DNA of 15,397 nt from a candidate division WOR-3 bacterium. GTDB taxonomy: Bacteria; Hydrothermota; Tepidihabitantia; SM23-42; JAOAFX01. The stretch spans positions 1 to 15,397 of the forward strand of contig JBDRWI010000054.1 in assembly GCA_039802265.1 (NCBI GenBank). Direction: 5' to 3'. The position numbers and the translations under genes are program-made. Under the pieces are notes generated by a model. That model saw nothing but the letters and a program-made list of their open reading frames with translations. It was not told the origin of the DNA and made no database searches. Position 1 is the stretch's first letter. The number at the start of each line of letters is the position of its first letter. Below are positions 6,956 through 15,397 of the stretch, one piece after another.

Positions 6956-7036
6956 TTCTTTCAAAATATTCTTCAATTGAACCGAAACTCAGGGTGTTTT
7001 GATGATTAAAATCACGCAAACGAACGACTGCTGCCG

Positions 7037-8740
7037 TCAGCGTGTGACAACCAGTTTACCAGTAGTCCTTTGATTATCAACATTGAGTATAACAACATAG
7101 ATGCCGCTTGTGAATTCACGAACACTGAGCACCATTCTGTGTTTACCACCTTCTTTGTATTTCTGATCAATGGTCTGAACCATCCTGCCATCCACGCTAT
7201 ATAACTGGATTGAAACATCGCCTGATTTTGGTGTGGTATATATAATCTCAGTCTGACCGCTCACCGGATTCGGGATAATCTCCAGACCAAATTTCTTCGG
7301 TATTTGAGTTATATTCTCTACAATACCGTGTGGATTCCAGGCATAGGCATAGAACAGAACCGGATTTTCGGTCATTATCCCAGGTGGGTAGTACTGCCAT
7401 GGACCCGCCTCCTTGTCATTTAAATAGAAAAGATATAATGTATCGAACCCGGAACCCGCATCATTGACCTCAGAGTTGAGGGTTTGATAACGGTCATCAT
7501 CACACTCACCAGGGGGTGCACCAGGGGTATGGGAATTTGTAATATTATGATGTTCTATCCAGGTCAGGCCATTATCTGTTGACCGTGCACCCCAGACATC
7601 AAGATTGGCTAAACCATTCTGGGCAATATCATTGGTATCAGCCTTACACCAGGTGCAATACAAATCGCCGGTCACACGATTAATTCCAATCTGGGGTTCA
7701 CTCACTGTCGGATGATTTGCACCGGGACCTGGTGAAATCTCGTACCAACCTGAGGCGACGATACTTACCTGACCGGTTGCCTGATTCCAGTGTCTGATCT
7801 GTGAACGCCAGCCACTACCAGCAGAACCCTGACCAATCGTGTCTATTACTGTAAAGACCACATGGAGATGGTTGTTGTTATCATATACTGCGTCACACCA
7901 GATATAACCTATTACTGAATCCGTTGGAAAATTCCAATACCACACAGTGTCGTAAGTCCAGGTTTCGCCGTTATCGGTTGTCTCCCAGTAATGGTAATCA
8001 AGATTAACATTATCATTACTTATGAGTACAACCTTGCCACCGGGACTCGTTACCCAGACCTGTCGGCCGCCTAAATCAAAATGTAATGTATCAAGAGGTA
8101 CTCCTCCAAGGTTATCTATCCAGTCTGCCTAGGTCTGTCCCTGGTCATCTGAATAGGTTACACAACCAACCCCGGCATTTAACTGAACGCCTGAGACCCA
8201 TATACGATTATGGACAGTATCAACACATACCTTGAGAAGGCTAATTTGGTCATTAGCGGGGATTATATGTGGAATGAACGAGCCTGTACCTTCAATAGTA
8301 TCAATATACAATATTGGGGTAACTACCCCTCCAATTGAACGTGTTAATGCACACACAGCCCTGCCATAGTCCAGGCAGTCAATATTAAGCGGCACACTCC
8401 CTGAACTGTCAATCTGTGTTGGACCGAGCCAGTAATTTGGCGGCCGAAAATAATTATAGCACGGCCTTCTGGTAGAGGGTCCTGAGGAAAGCATATGTGG
8501 GAAGCAAAAATGGAATGCACCTCTTGGAGTTGGCCAGAACATATGCTTATCGCCGGAACCATTATACAGCCAGTCTAGCCAAGTCGTTCCTACTACAGTA
8601 CCTGGTGATGTGCGTGAGCCATTATAATGTGGACCTGCCTTACCCTGCAAAACATAATCAGGTGGCGTTACTACACTGTTATTCTGCCAGGCATATATTG
8701 TGCCTGCGATGGCAATTATTATTAACACTAATCTCTTCAT
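7037..8740 (-). pseudogene. Secreted Asp-box/BNR (sialidase-like propeller) protein with C-terminal sorting domain, interrupted by one in-frame TAG (567 codons)
   Basis: ORFs 8129-8740 and 7037-7945 share a frame and the gap between them is open. TAG at 8129-8131 replaces the W of SDDQGQT[W]. Other Asp-boxes are TTDNGETW and STDNGLTW. CTD reads IIPNPV...LYSVDGRMV...SGIYVV...KLVVTR. RBS AGGAGG. Confidence 0.88.
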
Positions 8741-8794
8741 CTTTCCTCCTTTCTTTCCTTTGCATAATTCCTTATTTTAAATATTTAAAAAATT

Positions 8795-10600
8795 CTAATC
8801 TATCTTGATTACTTTCTGATAAATAATCTCCTTGCTTTTTTTCTCTTCATATTTTATAAAATATACTCCACTGGAAACCTTTTGACCAGAATCATCATCA
8901 CCCGACCAGACAATCTGGTTAAATGGTTGAATGGTTAAATGGTTAAATTGTTTAACCACCCGTCCCGTAACATCATAAACCATTAATAAAATTTCGGATT
9001 TCGGATTGCGAATTGCGGATTTGTTTGAAATTTGGGAATTGGGATTTGTTTGGGATTTGGGATTTGGAATTTGGAATTTAATCACGCAGTGATTTGTAAA
9101 TGGATTGGGATGGATTTCTAATTTCGGATTTCGGATTGTGGATTGCGAAATTGTGATTTCTTTGACGCCCTGTGTACGTCTGATACAAAAGACTGGGGAA
9201 TATGTGGAATCATATCGCCCATTACCCTTAACCACCAACCAGAGATAGTTTGCCATATTAGCCTGGGTATCAGGAACTACCCAAGCACACATCGTATCTG
9301 TTGGTAATCCTTCATAAATCAAATGGCAACCAAACTGATAATGTGCCCAATATAATCTCAATGAATCAAGGGCAATTGTCTCATCAAGTCTCCATCTTGG
9401 ATAGACGGTATCATTCGCCCAGAATGTATCATACTGAACCGGACAGAACCAGATGACATCCGGGGTCTTTTCATAGATTCGGGTATAATTATTACCTGAT
9501 ATTACAATCTCATTTAAGCCATTATTGTCAAGGTCGTTGGTAATTCTGATTGATGAACCTAAAGAATTTCCCGACAATGTCTGCCATACATAGAATGAAT
9601 CATTTCCTGCTGACTTGATAATATAGACATAACTCGCTGCCTCAAGGCAGATTTCAGGGATTGAATCGCCATCAATATCACCGGCATCAGAATAGCCACC
9701 GCCATAGTCCCAGTGTTGAGCATTAGGAAGATGGAAGGATTTGATGATTTGGTAGGTATTGTTTCCTGTTGCCTCAAAGATAAAACAATCAGTCCGGGCA
9801 TCCGGCACAACAAATCCCTTTACCACAAACTCTAACTTCCCATCACCATCGGCATCAGGAACGGTAAAGCAGTCACGAATATTATGGGTAAGTAAATATC
9901 CTTGAGAAACCTTTTTGTAACTATTATCACCAATGCATTCATAAATCCAATACCACTCATCGGCTCCAGCGGGCACAAATTCAATTTTGTTATCGCCGTC
10001 GAAATCTCCAAAAGCTATAGTTGCCGCAGGCGCCTCGCTGCCGGTTGTATCAGGATTAGTAGCAAAAATTAAATCATATTGATTATTACCTATAGATTCA
10101 TAAATTCCGAGATACCCATAAGGAGTAGTTCTATTTTTAACAATTTCAGGTATACCATCCTGATCAATATCATAGCCACAAATAGGTAAGACCAGAGGTG
10201 GTCCCACCGTATCTCTCCACACTTCCTGGGTGGGATAGGAAAAGGAATCAGGAGATTCAAAGATGGAAATACCCACCCACCAGCGTTTCGCTTCGCCACG
10301 CTGCGCAACAATATCATAAAGACCATCACCATCAAAATCGCCAATATCCCATAAATTAAGTGGGTGATTGGGATGCGGAAGCGAATCAACTTGCCAAGTG
10401 TTGGGTGGTATATATTTGTAGAAATAAAGTGTATATCCGCCACCAACATATGTAGCAAAGATGAGTTCATAATGCCCATCTCGGTCAACATCCCTGCTGC
10501 AAATTTTTCCTCCCGCTCCAAAATCCAATCCTTTTGGAATATACCATTTCTGCACGAAACCAGAAATTAAAAAGCCGAAAAATAAGAGCCATCCTCCCAT
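8795..10600 (-). CDS. FG-GAP/VCBS-repeat (Ca-binding propeller) protein with FlgD-like/T9SS type-A sorting CTD (601 aa)
   Basis: DxDxDG motifs (DVDRDG, GDFDGDG, DIDQDG, DADGDG, GDIDGD, DLDNNG). CTD HPNPF...VYDVTGR...WSGDDDSG...SGVYFI...KVIKID. GGAGG RBS. Confidence 0.92.
   Translation of the reverse strand: MGGWLLFFGFLISGFVQKWYIPKGLDFGAGGKICSRDVDRDGHYELIFATYVGGGYTLYFYKYIPPNTWQVDSLPHPNHPLNLWDIGDFDGDGLYDIVAQRGEAKRWWVGISIFESPDSFSYPTQEVWRDTVGPPLVLPICGYDIDQDGIPEIVKNRTTPYGYLGIYESIGNNQYDLIFATNPDTTGSEAPAATIAFGDFDGDNKIEFVPAGADEWYWIYECIGDNSYKKVSQGYLLTHNIRDCFTVPDADGDGKLEFVVKGFVVPDARTDCFIFEATGNNTYQIIKSFHLPNAQHWDYGGGYSDAGDIDGDSIPEICLEAASYVYIIKSAGNDSFYVWQTLSGNSLGSSIRITNDLDNNGLNEIVISGNNYTRIYEKTPDVIWFCPVQYDTFWANDTVYPRWRLDETIALDSLRLYWAHYQFGCHLIYEGLPTDTMCAWVVPDTQANMANYLWLVVKGNGRYDSTYSPVFCIRRTQGVKEITISQSTIRNPKLEIHPNPFTNHCVIKFQIPNPKSQTNPNSQISNKSAIRNPKSEILLMVYDVTGRVVKQFNHLTIQPFNQIVWSGDDDSGQKVSSGVYFIKYEEKKSKEIIYQKVIKID
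8917..8948. repeat. In-frame octamer tandem repeat (GGTTRAAT)x4
   Basis: GGTTAAAT GGTTGAAT GGTTAAAT GGTTAAAT, encoding FNHLTIQPFNQ. Confidence 0.9.
8991..9165. repeat. Two in-frame heptamer tandem-repeat blocks (ATTTSGG-like; 8991-9079 and ~9114-9165)
   Basis: Units ATTTCGG/ATTGCGA/ATTTGGG/ATTTGGA, encoding QIPNPKSQTNPNSQISNKSAIRNPKSEI and ISQSTIRNPKLEI. Confidence 0.9.
9341..9484. repeat. 144-bp exact direct repeat shared with 13420-13563
   Basis: Identical by base-by-base comparison. Encodes TRIYEKTPDVIWFCPVQYDTFWANDTVYPRWRLDETIALDSLRLYWAH. Confidence 0.92.
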
Positions 10601-10613
10601 CTCTCCTCCCTCA

Positions 10614-10639
10614 GAGGGGGCTCTTTATTGGGCCCCCTC
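10614..10639. promoter_or_regulatory. Intergenic GC-rich hairpin directly upstream of the RBS of 8795-10600
   Basis: GAGGGGGC/GCCCCCTC 8-bp stem with no U-tract on the - strand, so more likely a stabilising or processing hairpin than an intrinsic terminator. Confidence 0.55.
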
Positions 10640-10650
10640 AGTTTGTCCTG

Positions 10651-12909
10651 CTACTCCAGTTTTATGAGTTTGTGTGTGAATGTCTGTTTGGTATCAGAAA
10701 TATCAACTCTCAGGAAGTATACACCCGGCGCAACCTTTCTACCATATTCATCTCTGCCATTCCAGATGATTTTTTCAGATGGATTGTTGAATTGTTCTAT
10801 TAACCTTCCAGAAACATCGTAGATTTTTATTGCAAGTCTGAAGCCTTGCCCTACATCCTCGTTGGAACTTTGAGATTCAAGATTTGTTCGGAATTTAATA
10901 ATGCAGTGATTTGTGAAGGGATTGGGATAGACCTCAAGTCTCCCTGTCTCCAAATCTCCTTGTCTCCCTCTCTCTTCAATCCCCGGCAGTAATGAACTTG
11001 CATAGACCTGAATGCCGTTAGAACTATTTGAGACAAAGATGAGTGTATCAAGAACCTCAATACCTTGTGGGCTATAAGGTGTTGTGTAAAAACCTACCTC
11101 AAGTGGATTGTTTATGGCAGAAATATCAATAATCTTTATGTAGCCACAAGTCCATTCTGAGGATGAGAGCACCGCATAGCTACCTTTTACAGATAGTCCA
11201 TAAATTGTGCCATTTGTAGAATAAGATGAGATAAAGGTTGGATTTGATGGATTTACAATATTGAGAATTGTTAAACCATTACTGGTTCCTATAAATGCAA
11301 AGGTATCCTTTATTGCCAGTGAATAACTCGTCCCGCTATTGTAATAACCAATCTGATAAGGACTCAATGGGTTTGTGATATCATAGACCCAAAATCCAGG
11401 ATTGATATAACCAACTGTGTAGGCGTAATCCCCGTTTACAACAATTGCCCTTGCCTCACCTGTGGTATCTGTAGCAACCACATAAGGATTTGAGGTGTTA
11501 GCAATATTTACTACAGTCAGTCCACCACTACCACAGGCAATGAATGCGAAGGTATCTTTAATCGCAACATCACGGGCATAATATGTGCTACAGGCACTCA
11601 CCTGAGTAGGATTGGAGGGCACGGAAATATCAAGAATTCTGAGATAGTATCCATCAGCAACAAATAAATAGGGATATTGTAAGAAACCATTCCAGGAGAA
11701 AGAAACGGAGTTTTCAAAATGACCTATTTCTGATGGATTATGCAGGTCAGTGATATTAAGAATATAAACCCCTGAATATGCGTCAAAGAGATAGAGATAA
11801 GGATAATTGATCAGGGAATTAAAGGCATATCCTGGGGTATCAAAGAAACCGAGTTCGTAAGGGTTTGAGGGATTTAAAATACTGATTATCCGCAAACCTT
11901 TATCTCCATCCGCAACCAGAGCAAGGGTATCAAAGGAGAAACCGTCCTCTGCCGAACCAGGTGTATTGTAATTACCAACAAGAACTGGATTTAGCGGGTC
12001 CGTGACATTGATAATATTCAATCCGTTTCCGCGGGAAGCAAGATAGACAAGAGTATCTTTGACATAGATTCCCCAATTACTACTTGCTATTTGAGATTGA
12101 ACCACCACCACAGGATTTGATGGCGTAGCAATATTGACTATTGCAAAATTTGGTGTTGGGGAGTAGCAGTAACTACTGACATAGGCAAATGTGTCAAGAA
12201 TTGCAACATCTACTGGTGGAGACATAAAACTACAACCACCAATCTGAGTTGGATTTAGAGGGTCAGTGATGTCAATAACTGCGAGTTCTCCATACGAGAA
12301 ATGACACACATAGGCATAGTTCCCTGAAAGGGCAACATTGGTGCATTGTTGAAAGAGATAGCAACGAGCAACCTCATAAGGGTTTGTGGGATTGCTAATA
12401 TCTACAACGACAAGCCCTGAATCCTTGCTTACGACATAGGCATAAGGTGGGCACACGGCAAGCCCCCAGGCGCCATTGCCAAGGAAAGAACCGCCAAGAA
12501 TTTCACAACCACCTATTCTCAAAGGCACTGAAGGGTTGGAAACATCCCAGATTTCAAAGCCGTAAGTCCAATCCGAGAGATAGAGAAAATTGTTAAGATA
12601 TACCAATCCAAGGATTCCACCACCCCTTGTTTTAATCCGTGAGACCTCAATAGGATTTGAGGGGTCAGAAATATCAAGGATAAATACTCCACCGCCAGAG
12701 CCCAAATAACAAAGGTCCCGGAGCGAGTCGTAAGCAACTGCACAGGAATAGCCAAATGGCCAGTTGCCAACAAAATGAACATTCAAGGAATCAAACCGGG
12801 AATAAAGACTACCAGTTATTTGATAATCTCTATTCCAGTATTTTTCAGGCATATCTTCAAATGGAAAAAGATAAGCCTGTGCCCCTATTAAAAAGAATAT
12901 TACTAACAT
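10651..12909 (-). CDS. LVIVD-repeat beta-propeller protein with FlgD-like/T9SS type-A sorting CTD (752 aa)
   Basis: More than ten repeats of the form YAYV..G.L.(I/V)(I/V)D(I/V)SNPxNP..(V/I)G. Short signal peptide, AGGAGG RBS. CTD YPNPF...IYDVSGRLI...WNGRDEYG...PGVYFL...KLIKLE. Confidence 0.93.
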   Translation of the reverse strand: MLVIFFLIGAQAYLFPFEDMPEKYWNRDYQITGSLYSRFDSLNVHFVGNWPFGYSCAVAYDSLRDLCYLGSGGGVFILDISDPSNPIEVSRIKTRGGGILGLVYLNNFLYLSDWTYGFEIWDVSNPSVPLRIGGCEILGGSFLGNGAWGLAVCPPYAYVVSKDSGLVVVDISNPTNPYEVARCYLFQQCTNVALSGNYAYVCHFSYGELAVIDITDPLNPTQIGGCSFMSPPVDVAILDTFAYVSSYCYSPTPNFAIVNIATPSNPVVVVQSQIASSNWGIYVKDTLVYLASRGNGLNIINVTDPLNPVLVGNYNTPGSAEDGFSFDTLALVADGDKGLRIISILNPSNPYELGFFDTPGYAFNSLINYPYLYLFDAYSGVYILNITDLHNPSEIGHFENSVSFSWNGFLQYPYLFVADGYYLRILDISVPSNPTQVSACSTYYARDVAIKDTFAFIACGSGGLTVVNIANTSNPYVVATDTTGEARAIVVNGDYAYTVGYINPGFWVYDITNPLSPYQIGYYNSGTSYSLAIKDTFAFIGTSNGLTILNIVNPSNPTFISSYSTNGTIYGLSVKGSYAVLSSSEWTCGYIKIIDISAINNPLEVGFYTTPYSPQGIEVLDTLIFVSNSSNGIQVYASSLLPGIEERGRQGDLETGRLEVYPNPFTNHCIIKFRTNLESQSSNEDVGQGFRLAIKIYDVSGRLIEQFNNPSEKIIWNGRDEYGRKVAPGVYFLRVDISDTKQTFTHKLIKLE
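10832..10854 (-). repeat. GTAG-type REP-like palindrome embedded in frame in the CTD
   Basis: GTAG-G-GCAAGGC-TTCA-GACTTGC: a GTAG tetranucleotide followed by an imperfect hairpin. Encodes VGQGFRLA. Confidence 0.65.
10898..10980. repeat. 83-bp direct repeat (1 mismatch) shared with 13163-13245; contains a GGAGAYNN octamer run
   Basis: Encodes IEE(R/T)GRQGDLETGRLEVYPNPFTNHCII in two otherwise unrelated genes. Confidence 0.9.
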
Positions 12910-12921
12910 AATTGCCTCCTT

Positions 12922-14691
12922 TTACTCCAATTTTATTACTTTTTCTATTGCAAAAGATTTCTTCCCATCGGTGACTTGAACAAAATAGACGCCGGCAGGA
13001 AGTTTATGACCAGAATCATCATCGCCATCCCAGAGAATTGGTGATTGGTAATTGGTTAAATGGTTAAATTGCCTTACCAACTGTCCAGCGGAGTTGTAGA
13101 TTTTTATTGTAATTTGGGATTTGGAATTTGTTTGGTCATTGGGATTTGGGATTTGGAACTTGATAATGCAGTGATTTGTGAAGGGATTGGGATAGACCTC
13201 AAGTCTCCCTGTCTCCAAATCTCCTTGTCTCCCTGTCTCTTCAATTCCTGGTGCACGCCTGATATAGAAGACTGGCGAGTATGTAGAATCATAACGTCCA
13301 TTGCCTTCCACCACGAGCCAGAGCCTATTCCCCATATTGCTCTGGGTATCAGGAACTACCCACTGGCAGATTGTATCCTGAGGCAAACCCTGATAAATTA
13401 GATGACAACCCAAAATTGGATGTGCCCAATATAATCTCAATGAATCAAGGGCAATTGTCTCATCAAGTCTCCATCTTGGATAGACGGTATCATTCGCCCA
13501 GAATGTATCATACTGAACCGGACAGAACCAGATGACATCCGGGGTCTTTTCATAGATTCGGGTTTCATTATTACCCGAAATTACGATTTCATTCAGACCA
13601 TTACCATCAATGTCAAAGACCTTGATGTTCGAACCGGTTATATGACCGGGCAAGGTATCCCAAAAATAAAAAGAATTATTACCGTTAGATTTTATTACAT
13701 ACACTTTATCGCATCCCTCAAGAACAATTTCACAATTCCCATCTCCATCTATATCACCCACATCAGATAGTCCACCCCAATAATCGTAGGAATTGTAGTG
13801 AAAAGAAAAAGAGTCAATAATCTCATAAGAATTGTCACCGGTTGCCTCAAAAATTTTGGTCTGGATTGTATAAAATGGGTGAGTCAAAATGGTAAAACCT
13901 TTAAGCACGAATTCCATCTTCCCATCACCATCCGCATCCGGAACAGAAAAACAGTCAATTATGCCTTCTGTGTTGATACTATCAAGGTGGACTAATTCAT
14001 AAGTATTATTAGCCGGTGACTCATAGCACCAATAATAGGCGGTATCGGGTTTGCATAAACGGCGACAACCACCAAACACAAATTCTATCTTACCATCGCC
14101 ATCAAAATCACCAAAAGCGGGTAGTGAATGTGGTGCATCAATTGAGTCAATAGGGGTACTAAATACTTTGGAATACGAGTTGTCACCAGTGCATTCATAA
14201 ATATCAAAATTTGATGTATCACCAAACAATTTTATCATCTCCCACATTCCATCCCGGTCAATATCATAAGGGCAGACAAAGCCGCTCATCCCTCCACCCA
14301 TTACCGTGTCCCGCCAGACTTCCAGGGTGGGATAGGAAAAAGAATCAGGGGATTCGAAGATTTGTATCCCTATCATAGGAACACCAAAGTCACCACTTAA
14401 TATAAGGTCGAATAATCCATCAAGATCAAAATCGCCAATCGACCAGGCTATATTAGTCATTGTATCAACAATTAATTCAAGGTGGAAGGTGTCGCCTGGA
14501 TATAACTCATAGATTACAACTCTATCGCCATCATAGGGAATATGATATCCAAAAATCAAGTCAAGCCTTGAATCACGGTCGCTGTCACAAAGTAATATAT
14601 TACTCTCAACGCCATATCCGACTCCATTGTTCAGGAAATATTTCTGCTTAAAATGGAGAGAAATTAGAACAAAAATAATCAAGAGAGACAT
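12922..14691 (-). CDS. FG-GAP/VCBS-repeat protein with FlgD-like/T9SS type-A sorting CTD, paralog of 8795-10600
   Basis: Same DxDxDG repeat architecture and shared IFESPDSFSYPTxEVWRDTV. Likely start MSLLIIFVLISLHF at 14691; the ORF-track start at 14721 is a TTG inside a hairpin. Confidence 0.9.
   Translation of the reverse strand: MSLLIIFVLISLHFKQKYFLNNGVGYGVESNILLCDSDRDSRLDLIFGYHIPYDGDRVVIYELYPGDTFHLELIVDTMTNIAWSIGDFDLDGLFDLILSGDFGVPMIGIQIFESPDSFSYPTLEVWRDTVMGGGMSGFVCPYDIDRDGMWEMIKLFGDTSNFDIYECTGDNSYSKVFSTPIDSIDAPHSLPAFGDFDGDGKIEFVFGGCRRLCKPDTAYYWCYESPANNTYELVHLDSINTEGIIDCFSVPDADGDGKMEFVLKGFTILTHPFYTIQTKIFEATGDNSYEIIDSFSFHYNSYDYWGGLSDVGDIDGDGNCEIVLEGCDKVYVIKSNGNNSFYFWDTLPGHITGSNIKVFDIDGNGLNEIVISGNNETRIYEKTPDVIWFCPVQYDTFWANDTVYPRWRLDETIALDSLRLYWAHPILGCHLIYQGLPQDTICQWVVPDTQSNMGNRLWLVVEGNGRYDSTYSPVFYIRRAPGIEETGRQGDLETGRLEVYPNPFTNHCIIKFQIPNPNDQTNSKSQITIKIYNSAGQLVRQFNHLTNYQSPILWDGDDDSGHKLPAGVYFVQVTDGKKSFAIEKVIKLE
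13037..13158. repeat. In-frame heptamer/octamer repeat blocks in the CTD (13037-13070 and 13111-13158)
   Basis: ATTGGTG ATTGGTA ATTGGTT with GGTTAAAT x2, and ATTTGGG/ATTTGGA units. Encode FNHLTNYQSPI and QIPNPNDQTNSKSQI. Confidence 0.85.
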
Positions 14692-14702
14692 TGCAGTATA
14701 AA

Positions 14703-14732
14703 GTGGTGGAAGGTATAGCAACCTTCCACCAC
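14703..14732 (-). terminator. Perfect 12-bp inverted repeat after the 14742 gene: possible weak intrinsic terminator or stabilising hairpin
   Basis: GTGGTGGAAGGT-N6-ACCTTCCACCAC followed on the - strand only by TTTATA. Confidence 0.55.
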
Positions 14733-14741
14733 CAAAAGATA

Positions 14742-15397
14742 TTACCTAACCTTTAGAATTTTGTGAACAGTAGATTTACCGGTATCACAATCTCTGATTT
14801 GTAGGAAGTAGATACCCTGGGAAATAATTCGCCCATCATTGTCAGTTCCATCCCAGATGACTTTATCTGATTTCATATTGTCCCATTCTCTTACGAGCCT
14901 ACCCGAAATATCATAAACCTTGATACTCATCTTTCCATTCTGAGAATCGGTTAACCTGATATTCAATACTGCACTGAATGGGTTAGGATAGATAGAAACT
15001 GCGTTATCCTCTCTTGGTTTGGTTTGCTGTGCCATCGGACCAGATGCAAGTTCTGTTGTTTCTTCTTCATATTGATAAATATAGATTGGACCTGTAGTTG
15101 CAAAGTCGCCGGAAATCCGCTCAAAGACCACATCAATTGCGCCATCCTTATAGAATGCCGGTGGAATCCAGAATTCAAGGGTCTCGGGCTCGTAGGCATT
15201 GTATTTGATTAGGTGCTGGAGTTTGTTATCAATCTTTACCTTTTCTCGCCATTGACCGGAAGATTCATGATAGGTGATAACCTTTATCCTATAGCGATAA
15301 CCGGATTCAAGTGGAAATCTGTAGGTAATTGTCTGGTAGCCAATATCTACCGGAATCTGCCAGTTTGAGATAAAACTATCACGGGCAACAAGATAAG
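14742..15397 (-). CDS. 3' end of a larger secreted protein with FlgD-like/T9SS type-A sorting CTD (partial)
   Basis: Frame is open to the right edge (YLVARDSFISNWQIPVDIG...). CTD IYPNPF...VYDISGRLV...WDGTDNDG...QGIYFL...HKILKVR. Confidence 0.9.
   Translation of the reverse strand, partial: YLVARDSFISNWQIPVDIGYQTITYRFPLESGYRYRIKVITYHESSGQWREKVKIDNKLQHLIKYNAYEPETLEFWIPPAFYKDGAIDVVFERISGDFATTGPIYIYQYEEETTELASGPMAQQTKPREDNAVSIYPNPFSAVLNIRLTDSQNGKMSIKVYDISGRLVREWDNMKSDKVIWDGTDNDGRIISQGIYFLQIRDCDTGKSTVHKILKVR

Noticed and set aside
6956..7036. Bidirectional terminator between the convergent genes
   Set aside because: Only a weak, A/T-rich imperfect stem is present, with no clear U-tract.
5725..8131. 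Amber recoding or pyrrolysine readthrough, suggested by two in-frame TAGs
   Set aside because: TAG is the natural stop after complete CTDs at 8795-8797 and 10651-10653. The two internal TAGs are each one transition from different sense codons (TGG, and probably CAG).
8775..8790. Perfect 16-bp palindrome TTTTAAATATTTAAAA upstream of the Asp-box gene as an operator
   Set aside because: It is A/T-only in an AT-rich intergenic stretch, with no second copy or regulator in the window, so it cannot be separated from chance.
8917..9165. CRISPR array
   Set aside because: Units are 7-8 nt, tandem, lack unique spacers and lie in frame inside a CDS.
1786..15212. Other short ORFs overlapping the long genes (e.g. 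2173-2454, 6563-6814, 8497-8808, 10090-10521, 13060-13401)
   Set aside because: They lie antisense or out of frame within well-supported CDSs and have no recognisable motifs.

Overview
AT-rich (~38-40% GC, estimated by eye) bacterial accessory region. The FlgD-like/T9SS type-A sorting C-terminal domains and in-frame heptamer repeats suggest an FCB-group candidate phylum such as WOR-3 (inference). The left part (1-~5850, - strand) is a tandem array of direct-repeat-delimited cassettes. Each cassette has a sigma70 promoter, a C/A-tract leader ORF and hairpin, then gene A (constant signal peptide, variable beta-propeller-like body), then gene B (signal peptide, M23 zinc peptidase, cut short just after a conserved ADSIE(D/E)ARF(P/K)DGYY anchor). 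The two complete A genes are intact, while B genes decay with distance from the left edge (intact-but-truncated, frameshifted, remnant). B2 is a mosaic whose apparent crossover lies in the anchor, and only the leftmost promoter has a perfect -35. This resembles a polymorphic toxin/immunity cassette system run in reverse (N-terminal toxin, upstream partner); the function is inferred, not shown. The right part holds a leaderless membrane-protein gene and five secreted proteins with C-terminal sorting domains (Asp-box protein with an internal TAG, two FG-GAP paralogs, an LVIVD-repeat protein, one partial gene). These show gene-conversion patches and in-frame heptamer, octamer and REP insertions in the same loops.
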